This document shows positions 6,305-13,448 of a DNA stretch of 24,000 nt, piece after piece. The notes below the pieces were generated by a model that was not told the origin of the DNA, made no database searches, and saw only the letters and a program-made list of their open reading frames with translations. Position numbers and translations under genes: made by a program. Position 1 is the first letter of the stretch, and every line of letters starts with the position of its first letter. This DNA is from Trinickia terrae (GTDB taxonomy: Bacteria > Pseudomonadota > Gammaproteobacteria > Burkholderiales > Burkholderiaceae): positions 324,134-348,133 of the forward strand of contig NZ_SWJE01000005.1 in the NCBI RefSeq assembly GCF_005144415.1, in the 5' to 3' direction.

Positions 6305-8455
6305 TTACCCGAGGCTGCCGAGCGTCGTCACCGGCGCGACGGCGGCCGGGTCCGTGAAGCTCGGGCGGCCGGTCTCGATGTGACCGGCGAGGCGGCGCAG
6401 GAACGTGCCGTTCGATCCGTCCGAGATCGTCAGGTCGTACCAGTGATGGCTGCCGCGCAGGTCCCAGCGCGCTTCGGTCTGGCTTTCGGGCGCGAGGTTG
6501 AAGCTGCGCGTTTGGGCGCCGTAGGCGTTGTCCACAGCGGTCAGCTGGATCGGCGCCTTGCCGCGATTCACGATGCGCAGGTACAGGTTGCCGTTCGCGA
6601 TGTCATAGCCCGCTTCGACTTCGGGACGCGCGACGTGACCGTGGGCGTTGCCCTGCTCGTTCTGGGCGTTCTGCGCCACCGTGCCCGTGAACTGGCGCAC
6701 GAAGCCGTTCGGACCGTAGACCGTGAACGCATAGGCGCCCGACGTCGCCGACAGGTCGAACGCATCGTGCAGCGACTTGTGTGCTTCGACCGTATAGCGC
6801 CACGGGCCGTCGGTGCGGTTCGTCGCGTAGACGTAGAAGTGCGCGCCGTGCTCGCCGGTGTTGGCGAACGTGAGGTTGAACTTGCCGTCCTCGGCCTTCA
6901 CGTGCGCGTTCACGTGCAGCTCGTACGGCAGCGCTCGCGCATAGCGGGTGCCCGGCTCCTGCGGATCGACCGCGCCCGGCGTTGCCGGCACTGCCGGCTT
7001 CGGGTTGTTCGCGCACTGGTTGTCGGCGATCGACTTGTAGTTGCTCGTGTCGGGCAGCGGCGGCATCGTCGCGTCGGGCGTGCGGAAATCGAACGCTGAA
7101 ACGAGGTTGCCGCACACGGCGCGGCGCCACGGCGTGATGTTCGGCTCGTTCACGCCGAAGCGCGCCTCGATGAAGCGGATCACCGACGTGTGATCGAACA
7201 CCTGCGAGCAGACGAAGCCGCCCTTGGTCCACGGCGAGACGATCGTCATCGGCACGCGCGGGCCGAGGCCGTACGGGAAGCCGTCGGCAGTGTAGCTGCC
7301 GCCGCGCAGCGGGTTCACGACGTTGTGGATCTCGCCTTCGACGGTGACCGTCGAGAGGCCCTGCGCGCGCGTCGTCGCGGGCTGCGGCGGGACGATGTGG
7401 TCGAAGTAGCCGTCGTTCTCGTCGTACATCACGAGCAGCACGGTCTTGCTCCAGACGTCGGGATTCGACGTGAGCGCATCGAGGATCGTCGACAGGTATT
7501 CCGCGCCGTAGGCGGGCGTGTACTGCGGATGCTCCGAATACGCGGCCGGCGGCAGGAGCCACGAGACCTGCGGCAGGTTGTTCGCCTGCACATCGGCCTT
7601 GAGCTGGTCGATCGTGCGCACCGTCATCGCGCGGTTGTAGAGCGACGAGCCCACCGGCGCATTGATGTACTGCTGGAAGTTCATCAGCACGTTGGTGCCG
7701 TAGTTGCCGTTCAGCGGATCGGCGCCCGTCAGGCCCTGCTGGTAGACCTGCCACGAGATGCCGGCCGCATCGAGCCGCTCCGGATACGTGGTCCACGAGA
7801 GCAGCGCGTACTTCGGCGGCCCGTCGCCGTCGACATAGTCGGCGTTGTCGAGCAGCGGGCCGCCTTGCGTGCCGGTCGGGTCGACCATCCCCGTCATCAG
7901 GTACGAGCGGTTCGGGTGCGTCGGGCCGGGCAGCGAGCAGAAATAGTTGTCGCAGACCGTGAACGCGTCGGCGAGCGCGTAATGGAACGGGATGTCCGAG
8001 CGCAGGTAGTAGCCCATCGTCAGGTCCGTCTTGTTGGCGGGCCACTGGTCGTAGCGGCCGCCGTTGATGGTGGCTTGTGTCTTGTACCAGGAGTGGTCGA
8101 GGTCGCCGACGCACTGCGCGCTCGTCGTCTGCGTGTTCAGGTGAAACGGCACTACCGGCTGCGCCGGGTTTTCCTTCGACGGCTGATTCCACACCGGCTG
8201 ACCGTTCGGCAGCGGGATCGGGAAGCGGTCGTTGTAGCCGCGCACGCCGGGCAGATGGCCGAGGTAGTGGTCGAACGAGCGGTTCTCCTGCATGAACACG
8301 ACGATGTGCTCGACATCGCGGATCGTGCCCGTGCCCGATGCCGCCGGCACGGCGAGCGCGCGGCGGATCGATTCGGGGAACACGGTCATCGCGGCGGCGG
8401 CGCCCGCGGACTGGGCTACGGTTTGCAGAAAACGGCGTCGGCTATTCGAGGTCAT
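6305..8455 (-). CDS. plcN: phosphocholine-preferring non-haemolytic phospholipase C (acid phosphatase/PLC superfamily), Tat-exported
   Basis: A 716-aa protein from ATG 8455, with AAGGTG upstream. It has the twin-arginine signal MTSNSRRRFLQTVAQSAGAAAAMTVF and the PLC core IEHIVVFMQENRSFDHYLG … VLLVMYDENDGYFDH, plus tandem C-terminal DUF756-like repeats. An in-frame TTG at 8506 is the less likely start. Confidence 0.95.
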   Translation of the reverse strand: MTSNSRRRFLQTVAQSAGAAAAMTVFPESIRRALAVPAASGTGTIRDVEHIVVFMQENRSFDHYLGHLPGVRGYNDRFPIPLPNGQPVWNQPSKENPAQPVVPFHLNTQTTSAQCVGDLDHSWYKTQATINGGRYDQWPANKTDLTMGYYLRSDIPFHYALADAFTVCDNYFCSLPGPTHPNRSYLMTGMVDPTGTQGGPLLDNADYVDGDGPPKYALLSWTTYPERLDAAGISWQVYQQGLTGADPLNGNYGTNVLMNFQQYINAPVGSSLYNRAMTVRTIDQLKADVQANNLPQVSWLLPPAAYSEHPQYTPAYGAEYLSTILDALTSNPDVWSKTVLLVMYDENDGYFDHIVPPQPATTRAQGLSTVTVEGEIHNVVNPLRGGSYTADGFPYGLGPRVPMTIVSPWTKGGFVCSQVFDHTSVIRFIEARFGVNEPNITPWRRAVCGNLVSAFDFRTPDATMPPLPDTSNYKSIADNQCANNPKPAVPATPGAVDPQEPGTRYARALPYELHVNAHVKAEDGKFNLTFANTGEHGAHFYVYATNRTDGPWRYTVEAHKSLHDAFDLSATSGAYAFTVYGPNGFVRQFTGTVAQNAQNEQGNAHGHVARPEVEAGYDIANGNLYLRIVNRGKAPIQLTAVDNAYGAQTRSFNLAPESQTEARWDLRGSHHWYDLTISDGSNGTFLRRLAGHIETGRPSFTDPAAVAPVTTLGSLG

Positions 8456-8536
8456 TTGGGGTTCACCTTCTGCTGGGTCTGCTGCTGCGGGAGATTCGCT
8501 TCGCAAGGAGGCGGCTTGCTGGGCGGCTGGGTTCTG

Positions 8537-8827
8537 TCAGTTGGCGCTGGACTCCGGTGCGTAGTGCACGACTGGGGCGACCGGGGCGGGTTCGGCCGGA
8601 AATGCGCTGGACTGAGCGGAGGCGACGTTGGTGGTGCCGGAATTGGCTGCGGCGCTGGCTGCCGTGCCGGTATCGGCGCTCGCGTTCTGGCTGACGTTCG
8701 GAGCCGATTGCTGCGCGTTGGCGGCTGGCGTGGCGAGCGGGGAAGCCGAGTCGTCAGGGCCGCAGCCCCAGAGGCCGATGCTCGAGAGCACGGCGATGGA
8801 AAGCGTGACCGTCGTTCGAAGGCGCAT
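8537..8827 (-). CDS. small low-complexity lipoprotein (Ala/Ser/Pro/Asn-rich), likely first gene of the plcN transcription unit
   Basis: ATG at 8827 with GGAGAG 7 nt upstream. It has a signal peptide and lipobox, MRLRTTVTLSIAVLSSIGLWG-C. The rest is compositionally biased, so coding status rests mainly on the signal/lipobox and the ribosome-binding site. Confidence 0.6.
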   Translation of the reverse strand: MRLRTTVTLSIAVLSSIGLWGCGPDDSASPLATPAANAQQSAPNVSQNASADTGTAASAAANSGTTNVASAQSSAFPAEPAPVAPVVHYAPESSAN

Positions 8828-9118
8828 GCGTTGTCTCTCCACATTTCGGGGGGCATTGCGGCGTTGCTGCGAGCGGCGGCTGACGTCGGGAATGCGCCGG
8901 CTCGTCGGCGGACGGCTAAGTGTGAAGAGACGGTAAGAAAATTATGTGAAACGTTTGCGGCGGGGATGTGATGACGATTGGCTTACGGTGGGGCTGGTTT
9001 TTAGGCGACTCCTCGTGGCTGTCTTCGCTATAAAAATCGCGGTGGCTCGGGAGCGTTTTGTCATTCGGATACTCGCGCGTTCGCAGCACGAACCGGCAGT
9101 GCGGAAAGACGGGCACAC

Positions 9119-9146
9119 AAGCCGACTCGCGAGGGTCGGCTTTTTT
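9119..9146. terminator. GC-rich hairpin with GNRA tetraloop and T6 tract, 18 nt downstream of the islet cassette stop
   Basis: GCCGACTC (9121-9128), loop GCGA, GAGGGTCGGC pairing back to 9140, flanked by AA (9119-9120) and TTTTTT (9141-9146). The U6 run is on the plus strand; on the minus strand the stem is followed by UUGUGUG. It is therefore likely bidirectional or insulating. Confidence 0.55.
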
Positions 9147-9163
9147 GTGCAACGGACAATGCG

Positions 9164-9439
9164 CTATCGAGACGAAGGCTTATTGATCGGTTCTTGTGTG
9201 ACGGACATGTACTGCTTGATGTCCGGCTGGCCGAGTGCAATCAGGTTGAGCATCGCAACCCCGAGCCGTCGCGCGAATTCGTCGTCGAGCTTGAAATCGT
9301 ACTCGTCGAGAAGAATCGGGATTTCGATCTTTCCGGCGACGAGTGGGGCCAACTTGGCGGGGTCGACGGTTTGCACCGTGAGTCTCTGGCGGTCTTCTGC
9401 GTAAGTTAAAACCACGGAATACGGCGGATGAGCTGCCAT
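9164..9439 (-). CDS. hypothetical 91-aa protein, translationally coupled partner of the upstream 265-aa ORF (candidate immunity/antitoxin-like)
   Basis: ATG 9437-9439 overlaps the upstream TGA (9439-9441) as TGATG. GAGG lies 6 nt upstream of the ATG. The translation is MAAHPPYSVVLTYAEDRQRLTVQTVDPAKLAPLVAGKIEIPILLDEYDFKLDDEF…, with an acidic patch and no signal peptide. I recognise no family. Confidence 0.6.
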   Translation of the reverse strand: MAAHPPYSVVLTYAEDRQRLTVQTVDPAKLAPLVAGKIEIPILLDEYDFKLDDEFARRLGVAMLNLIALGQPDIKQYMSVTQEPINKPSSR

Positions 9440-10236
9440 CAATAACCTCTGCACTGTTGATAGTTCTGAAATGCCTGCTGTTTGCATAGCGCGCTGCCGC
9501 GCGCACCGCCCATCGGGCCGCCAAGTGCATTGCACAAGTCCAGATCACGCTCGTACTGAGCAAAGCACTCCGCCTCATCTGCCTCGCTCACGCTGCGTGC
9601 AGCCAAGTCTTGCACATCGCCACCCGGCACGGATTCGCTGTACTGGAACGGTTGCGCGTCACCAAGCGGCGTTCCTGTTTTGGGAGAGTATGACGGCGTA
9701 TCAAGGTTCTGGGGAACGCGCGGTGCGTTGCCGTACAGCACCTGCGCAGGCGATGGCGTGTCGGATTGCCGTGGCGGGGCCGCTGGCACTTCCCGCTCTT
9801 TCCGGCTCTCCTGTATGGCCTTGACGCAGGCTCGCAGGTCGGCATGATCGGGTTCGAAGATCAGATCGCCGCGCTTCACCGCGTCGAGCACGGCTTGGGC
9901 GACTTGGCGCGTATCCATCTGCCAGATCGGAGGATGGTCGTCGAGGCGGGCGAGCAAGGCCCGCACATCGTGGTCAAAACACGTATCGGAGGTGCTCAGA
10001 CTGCTTCGAAGGAATGCCATCCGGGCCACCTTCATTGCCCGGGTAATGTCCTCGACTTCGCCGGAGGAGACTTCAGCGAAGTGCCTGTGAGTCCCAAAGC
10101 AATAGCATCGGGCCGGGTCGAACATGCGCGGATTCCGCACGCTCACGTAGATCGGTATCTGAACGCTTCGCCAGAAGAGATGGGTGTGCTTTCGGTTCTC
10201 GTAGTCGCTGTCGCAGTACGGTCCAAGATAAATCAT
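9439..10236 (-). CDS. hypothetical 265-aa Cys/His-rich protein: N-terminal globular region, Pro-rich linker, C-terminal twin CX10C motif
   Basis: This is a long ORF in a roughly 53% G+C region, where long random ORFs are unlikely. ATG at 10236 has GAGG 9 nt upstream; the in-frame TTG at 10272 is an alternative start. It has nine Cys residues and the motifs KHTHLFW and GTHRHF. The C-terminus is CFAQYERDLDLC-N15-CKQQAFQNYQQC. I recognise no signal peptide and no family. Confidence 0.7.
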   Translation of the reverse strand: MIYLGPYCDSDYENRKHTHLFWRSVQIPIYVSVRNPRMFDPARCYCFGTHRHFAEVSSGEVEDITRAMKVARMAFLRSSLSTSDTCFDHDVRALLARLDDHPPIWQMDTRQVAQAVLDAVKRGDLIFEPDHADLRACVKAIQESRKEREVPAAPPRQSDTPSPAQVLYGNAPRVPQNLDTPSYSPKTGTPLGDAQPFQYSESVPGGDVQDLAARSVSEADEAECFAQYERDLDLCNALGGPMGGARGSALCKQQAFQNYQQCRGY

Positions 10237-10284
10237 TCTCGGGAGCCTCGCCGTGGTCCGTTGTGTTTGCAACGATTATTGGCA

Positions 10285-10308
10285 GGCCGTCCGCAGAATG
10301 GCCGTCCG
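10285..10308. repeat. perfect 9-bp direct repeat GGCCGTCCG x2 with 15-bp period, upstream of the islet cassette
   Basis: Read directly: copies at 10285-10293 and 10300-10308. On the minus strand they sit just upstream of an AATAAT (-10-like) hexamer and about 50-70 nt upstream of ATG 10236. Confidence 0.5.
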
Positions 10309-10315
10309 ATGAGTC

Positions 10316-10341
10316 AGACTCGCTGCCAAAGGCACGAGTCT
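10316..10341. other. strong hairpin AGACTCG(C)TGCC-AAA-GGCACGAGTCT between bioB stop and islet cassette promoter (possible U-tract-less bio terminator or operator)
   Basis: An 11-bp stem with one bulged C and a 3-nt loop, read directly. It lies about 80-105 nt downstream of the bioB stop. There is no U-run on either strand. Confidence 0.4.
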
Positions 10342-10422
10342 TCGTCGGACAAAAGTCAAACAATGTTACGGCTGTGCGCTAGGCGGGCCGGGAAGCGTTA
10401 GACCAACCACTTCAAGCGGCGC

Positions 10423-11481
10423 TCAGTTCGCCGTCTTCGCCCGCTCGCACGTCTGCGCCGTTTCCACCGGCATCTGCTGCGCAGCCTCGGCGCGAATGCC
10501 GAGCCGCGCCAGCAGCGTGCGATCCTTCTGAGCCTGCGGGTTGCTCGTCGTCAGCAGCTGATCGCCGTAGAAAATCGAATTCGCGCCGGCCAGGAAGCAC
10601 AGCGCCTGCATCCCGTCGTCGAGCTGCTGGCGTCCCGCCGATAGCCGCACCACCGCCTTCGGCATCGTGATGCGCGCCACCGCGATCGTGCGCACGAATT
10701 CGAGCGGATCGAGCGGCTCGGTCTTTTCGAGCGGCGTGCCTTCGATCGCCACGAGGTTGTTGATCGGCACCGATTCCGGATACGGGTTCATGTTCGCGAG
10801 CTGCGCGATCAGGCCCGCTCGCTCGCGGCGCGATTCGCCCATGCCGATGATGCCGCCGCAGCAGACGTTGATGCCCGCGTCGCGCACGCGCTCGAGCGTG
10901 TCGAGGCGATCCTGGTAGGTGCGCGTCGAGATGATCTGGCCGTAGAACTCGGGCGACGTGTCGAGGTTGTGGTTGTAGTAGTCGAGCCCGGCGCCGGCCA
11001 GTTCCTTCGCTTGCGCATCTTCGAGCATGCCGAGCGTCATGCAGGTCTCGAGGCCCATCTCCTTCACGCCGCGCACCATCGCGGTCAGCGGCTCCATGTG
11101 GCGCTCCTTCGGATTGCGCCATGCCGCGCCCATGCAGAAGCGTGTCGCGCCGTTGGCCTTCGCGGCGCGTGCCGCTTCCAGCACCGTGTCGACGTCCATC
11201 AGTTTTTCGGCCTTCAGGCCCGTGTCGTGATGCGCCGATTGCGAGCAGTAGCCGCAGTCTTCTTCGCAGCCGCCGGTCTTGATCGACAAGAGCGTGGAGA
11301 GCTGGACGGCGTTCGCGTCGAAATGTTCGCGATGCACTTGCTGCGCGCGGAACAACAGGTCGTTGAACGGCAGGTCGTAGAGCGCGGCGACGTCCGCCAC
11401 GCGCCAGCGTGCCGGCGCGCCGGCGGCATTCGCGGCGCCTGCGGCAGCGTTCGTCGCGGTCTCGGCTTGGTGTTGGGTCAT
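10423..11481 (-). CDS. bioB: biotin synthase (radical SAM)
   Basis: Has the radical-SAM motif [13 protein letters not shown] plus …[10 protein letters not shown]… and …[11 protein letters not shown]…, typical of BioB. ATG at 11481 has AAGGA 8 nt upstream. The in-frame TTG at 11502 is less likely. Confidence 0.95.
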   Translation of the reverse strand: MTQHQAETATNAAAGAANAAGAPARWRVADVAALYDLPFNDLLFRAQQVHREHFDANAVQLSTLLSIKTGGCEEDCGYCSQSAHHDTGLKAEKLMDVDTVLEAARAAKANGATRFCMGAAWRNPKERHMEPLTAMVRGVKEMGLETCMTLGMLEDAQAKELAGAGLDYYNHNLDTSPEFYGQIISTRTYQDRLDTLERVRDAGINVCCGGIIGMGESRRERAGLIAQLANMNPYPESVPINNLVAIEGTPLEKTEPLDPLEFVRTIAVARITMPKAVVRLSAGRQQLDDGMQALCFLAGANSIFYGDQLLTTSNPQAQKDRTLLARLGIRAEAAQQMPVETAQTCERAKTAN

Positions 11482-11517
11482 GTCGTCAATCCTTGTAGGC
11501 AAAGAGTCGAAAGGGGT

Positions 11518-12255
11518 TCAGCGCTGCAGGGTGCGCAGCGTTTCCAATATGGCGGCGGTGTCGAGGCAATCGGCGGCGGCGTCGGCAATCGCGCCGGGCG
11601 CGGCCGCGGCAAGATGCGGCACGACGCCGACGAGCGGCGCGCGATGCTCGCGCTCCAGCCAGTGGCGGAGGGTGTCGATGTTTTCGCCGGCGAAGCGCAT
11701 CGCCGGGTCGACTCGATTGGCGACCCAGCCCGCGATGCGCAGGCCGCGCGACGAGATCGCTTCGGCCGTGAGCAGCGCGTGGCTGATGCAGCCGAGCCGC
11801 ATGCCGACCACGAGCACGACGGGCAGGTTCAGCGCGAGCGCGAGATCGGCGGTGTCGTGCGCATCGTCGAGCGGCACGCGAAAACCGCCGACGCCCTCGA
11901 CGACGACGATGTCCGCTTGCTTTTGCGCTTGCGCATGGCATTCGACAATACGCTCGATATCGAGTGTGACGCCTTCGCGAGCCGCGACGATATGCGGCGC
12001 GGCGGGCGCTTTCAGAAGGTACGGCGTGCGGATTCCGGGCGGCAGCAGCACGCTGGCGGCGGCGTCGAGCTGATCGGCGTCTTCGTTGTGCCATGCGCCG
12101 TCGCGCTCGAAGGCGCCGGCGGCGACCGGCTTCATCGCGGCGGCGCGCAAGCCCGCGCGAGTGAAGCCGCGCAGCAGCGCGCAGGAAACGAGCGTCTTGC
12201 CGATTTCGGTGTCGGTGCCGGTGACGAAGAGTGAAAGCGGCGCGCTCATGCTCAT
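11518..12255 (-). CDS. bioD: dethiobiotin synthetase
   Basis: [13 protein letters not shown]-loop at the N-terminus; 245 aa. The ATG overlaps the bioF stop as ATGA (12252-12255). Confidence 0.95.
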   Translation of the reverse strand: MSMSAPLSLFVTGTDTEIGKTLVSCALLRGFTRAGLRAAAMKPVAAGAFERDGAWHNEDADQLDAAASVLLPPGIRTPYLLKAPAAPHIVAAREGVTLDIERIVECHAQAQKQADIVVVEGVGGFRVPLDDAHDTADLALALNLPVVLVVGMRLGCISHALLTAEAISSRGLRIAGWVANRVDPAMRFAGENIDTLRHWLEREHRAPLVGVVPHLAAAAPGAIADAAADCLDTAAILETLRTLQR

Positions 12256-13448
12256 GCGGGCACCTCGATTTCGCCGAGTTGCCGGAGCGCGGTTTCAAGG
12301 CGGGCGAGATCGTCATGCGAATGCGCCGCCGACAGCGAGATTCGCAAGCGCGACGTGCCCACAGGCACGGTCGGCGGACGAATCGCCGGCACCCACAAGC
12401 CAGCCTCGTCGAGCCGCGCGGCGACCGCCAGCGCCGCCTCGTTCGAGCCGATGATGAGCGGCTGCACGGCCGTATGCGAGTCGACCGGCTGCCAGCGCGT
12501 TTGCCTGAGCATCGCGCGCGTGCGCTCGATGAGCGTCGCGAGATGCGCGCGCCGCGCGTCGCCTTCCTCGCCCGCGATGATCTTGATGCTTGCCGATACC
12601 GCATGCGCGACCGCGGGTGGTGACGCCGTCGTGAAGATGTACGGCCGCGCGCGCTGCAGCAGCCATTCGATCACCGTCTCGTGCGCGATCACGCACGCGC
12701 CTGCCACGCCCGCGGCCTTGCCGAGCGTGCAGATATAGACGAGATGAGGAGATCGCAGCGCGGCGGCGGCCAGCGCGCCGCGCCCTTGCGGGCCGAGCAC
12801 GCCGAAGCCGTGGGCGTCGTCGACGACGAGCCACGCGCCGTGCCGCTCCGCGAGCGCGAGAAGCGCGGCGAGCGGGGCGACGTCGCCGTCCATGCTGAAG
12901 ACGGTGTCGGTGACGATCACTTTCACGGCGGCGTCGGATGCTTCGAGCATCGCGGCCAGCGCGTTCGTGCCGGCATGCGGATAGATCTGCACGTCGGCGC
13001 GCGACAGGCGCGCGCCGTCAATCAGCGACGCGTGGTTGAGCGCGTCGGAAAAGAGCGTCGTGCCACGGCCCGCGAGCGCGGTGATCGTCGCGAGGTTCGC
13101 CATGTAGCCGGTGGAAAACGACAGCGCGCGCGGCGCATCGACGAAGCCGCCTGCGAACTCGGCGAGATCGTCCTCGAGCTGCACGTGCGCGCGCGAATGA
13201 CCGCCGAGCAGATGCGAGCCGCCGCTGCCCGCGCCATAACGCGCCGCACCGTCAGCCATGGCGGCGGCGAGCGCCGGGTGCGCGGCGAGACCCAGATAGT
13301 CGTTGCTCGCGAAGCCCAGGATCTCGCGCCCGTCGACATTCATATGCGCATCGCACGGCGTTTCGGCGATGCGCCGGCGGCGGCGCAGGCCGCGCGCGTC
13401 GAGATCGGCGAGCCCTTGCTCCAGCGTGTCGAGGAGGAACATCAGCAT
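12252..13448 (-). CDS. bioF: 8-amino-7-oxononanoate synthase (PLP-dependent)
   Basis: A 398-aa protein. [10 protein letters not shown] … [10 protein letters not shown] … TLGKAAG (PLP lysine) are AONS family motifs. The start overlaps the 3' end of bioA. Confidence 0.95.
   Translation of the reverse strand: MLMFLLDTLEQGLADLDARGLRRRRRIAETPCDAHMNVDGREILGFASNDYLGLAAHPALAAAMADGAARYGAGSGGSHLLGGHSRAHVQLEDDLAEFAGGFVDAPRALSFSTGYMANLATITALAGRGTTLFSDALNHASLIDGARLSRADVQIYPHAGTNALAAMLEASDAAVKVIVTDTVFSMDGDVAPLAALLALAERHGAWLVVDDAHGFGVLGPQGRGALAAAALRSPHLVYICTLGKAAGVAGACVIAHETVIEWLLQRARPYIFTTASPPAVAHAVSASIKIIAGEEGDARRAHLATLIERTRAMLRQTRWQPVDSHTAVQPLIIGSNEAALAVAARLDEAGLWVPAIRPPTVPVGTSRLRISLSAAHSHDDLARLETALRQLGEIEVPA

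Larger units (their letters stand above)
8880..10420. other. low-G+C islet (putatively horizontally acquired) between plcN unit and bioB
   Basis: Hand counts of 60-nt lines give 30/60 G+C at 9421-9480, 32/60 at 9961-10020 and 32/60 at 10261-10320, versus 44/60 at 12001-12060 in bioD. Codon third positions are visibly less G/C-biased than in flanking genes. Boundaries are approximate. Confidence 0.6.

Noticed and set aside
6603-8971. 529-aa minus-strand (6603-8192) and 593-aa plus-strand (7190-8971) ORFs overlapping plcN
   Set aside because: These are off-frame and antisense shadows of the phospholipase C gene. Their composition is Arg/Ala/Pro-biased, and they have no start context or motifs.
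8916-9404. Small ORFs inside the islet's non-coding arm (78 aa minus strand at 8916-9152; 152 aa plus strand at 8946-9404)
   Set aside because: The 78-aa ORF would have to read straight through the terminator hairpin. The 152-aa ORF is antisense to the coupled 91-aa gene. Neither has a ribosome-binding site. Neither is supported.
9700-10236. Possible catalytic signatures in the 265-aa islet protein: an ADP-ribosyltransferase-like R / S-T-S / E-x-E series (WR…LSTSD…KEREV), and an HNH-like H…N…H series (KHTH-N15-N-N14-HRH)
   Set aside because: The spacings do not fit the canonical families: STS to ExE is about 65 aa with the ExE in a linker-like segment, and N to H is 14 rather than about 8-10. 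Short motifs like these arise by chance. They are kept only as ideas to test by profile or structure search, not as calls.
9143-10280. Possible flanking repeats of the islet cassette: TGTGCAACGGA (9145-9155) versus TTTGCAACGAT (10266-10276), and a shared CGGACAA 7-mer
   Set aside because: Only about 8 of 11 positions match, and the elements are very short. This is not enough to call att sites or target-site duplications.
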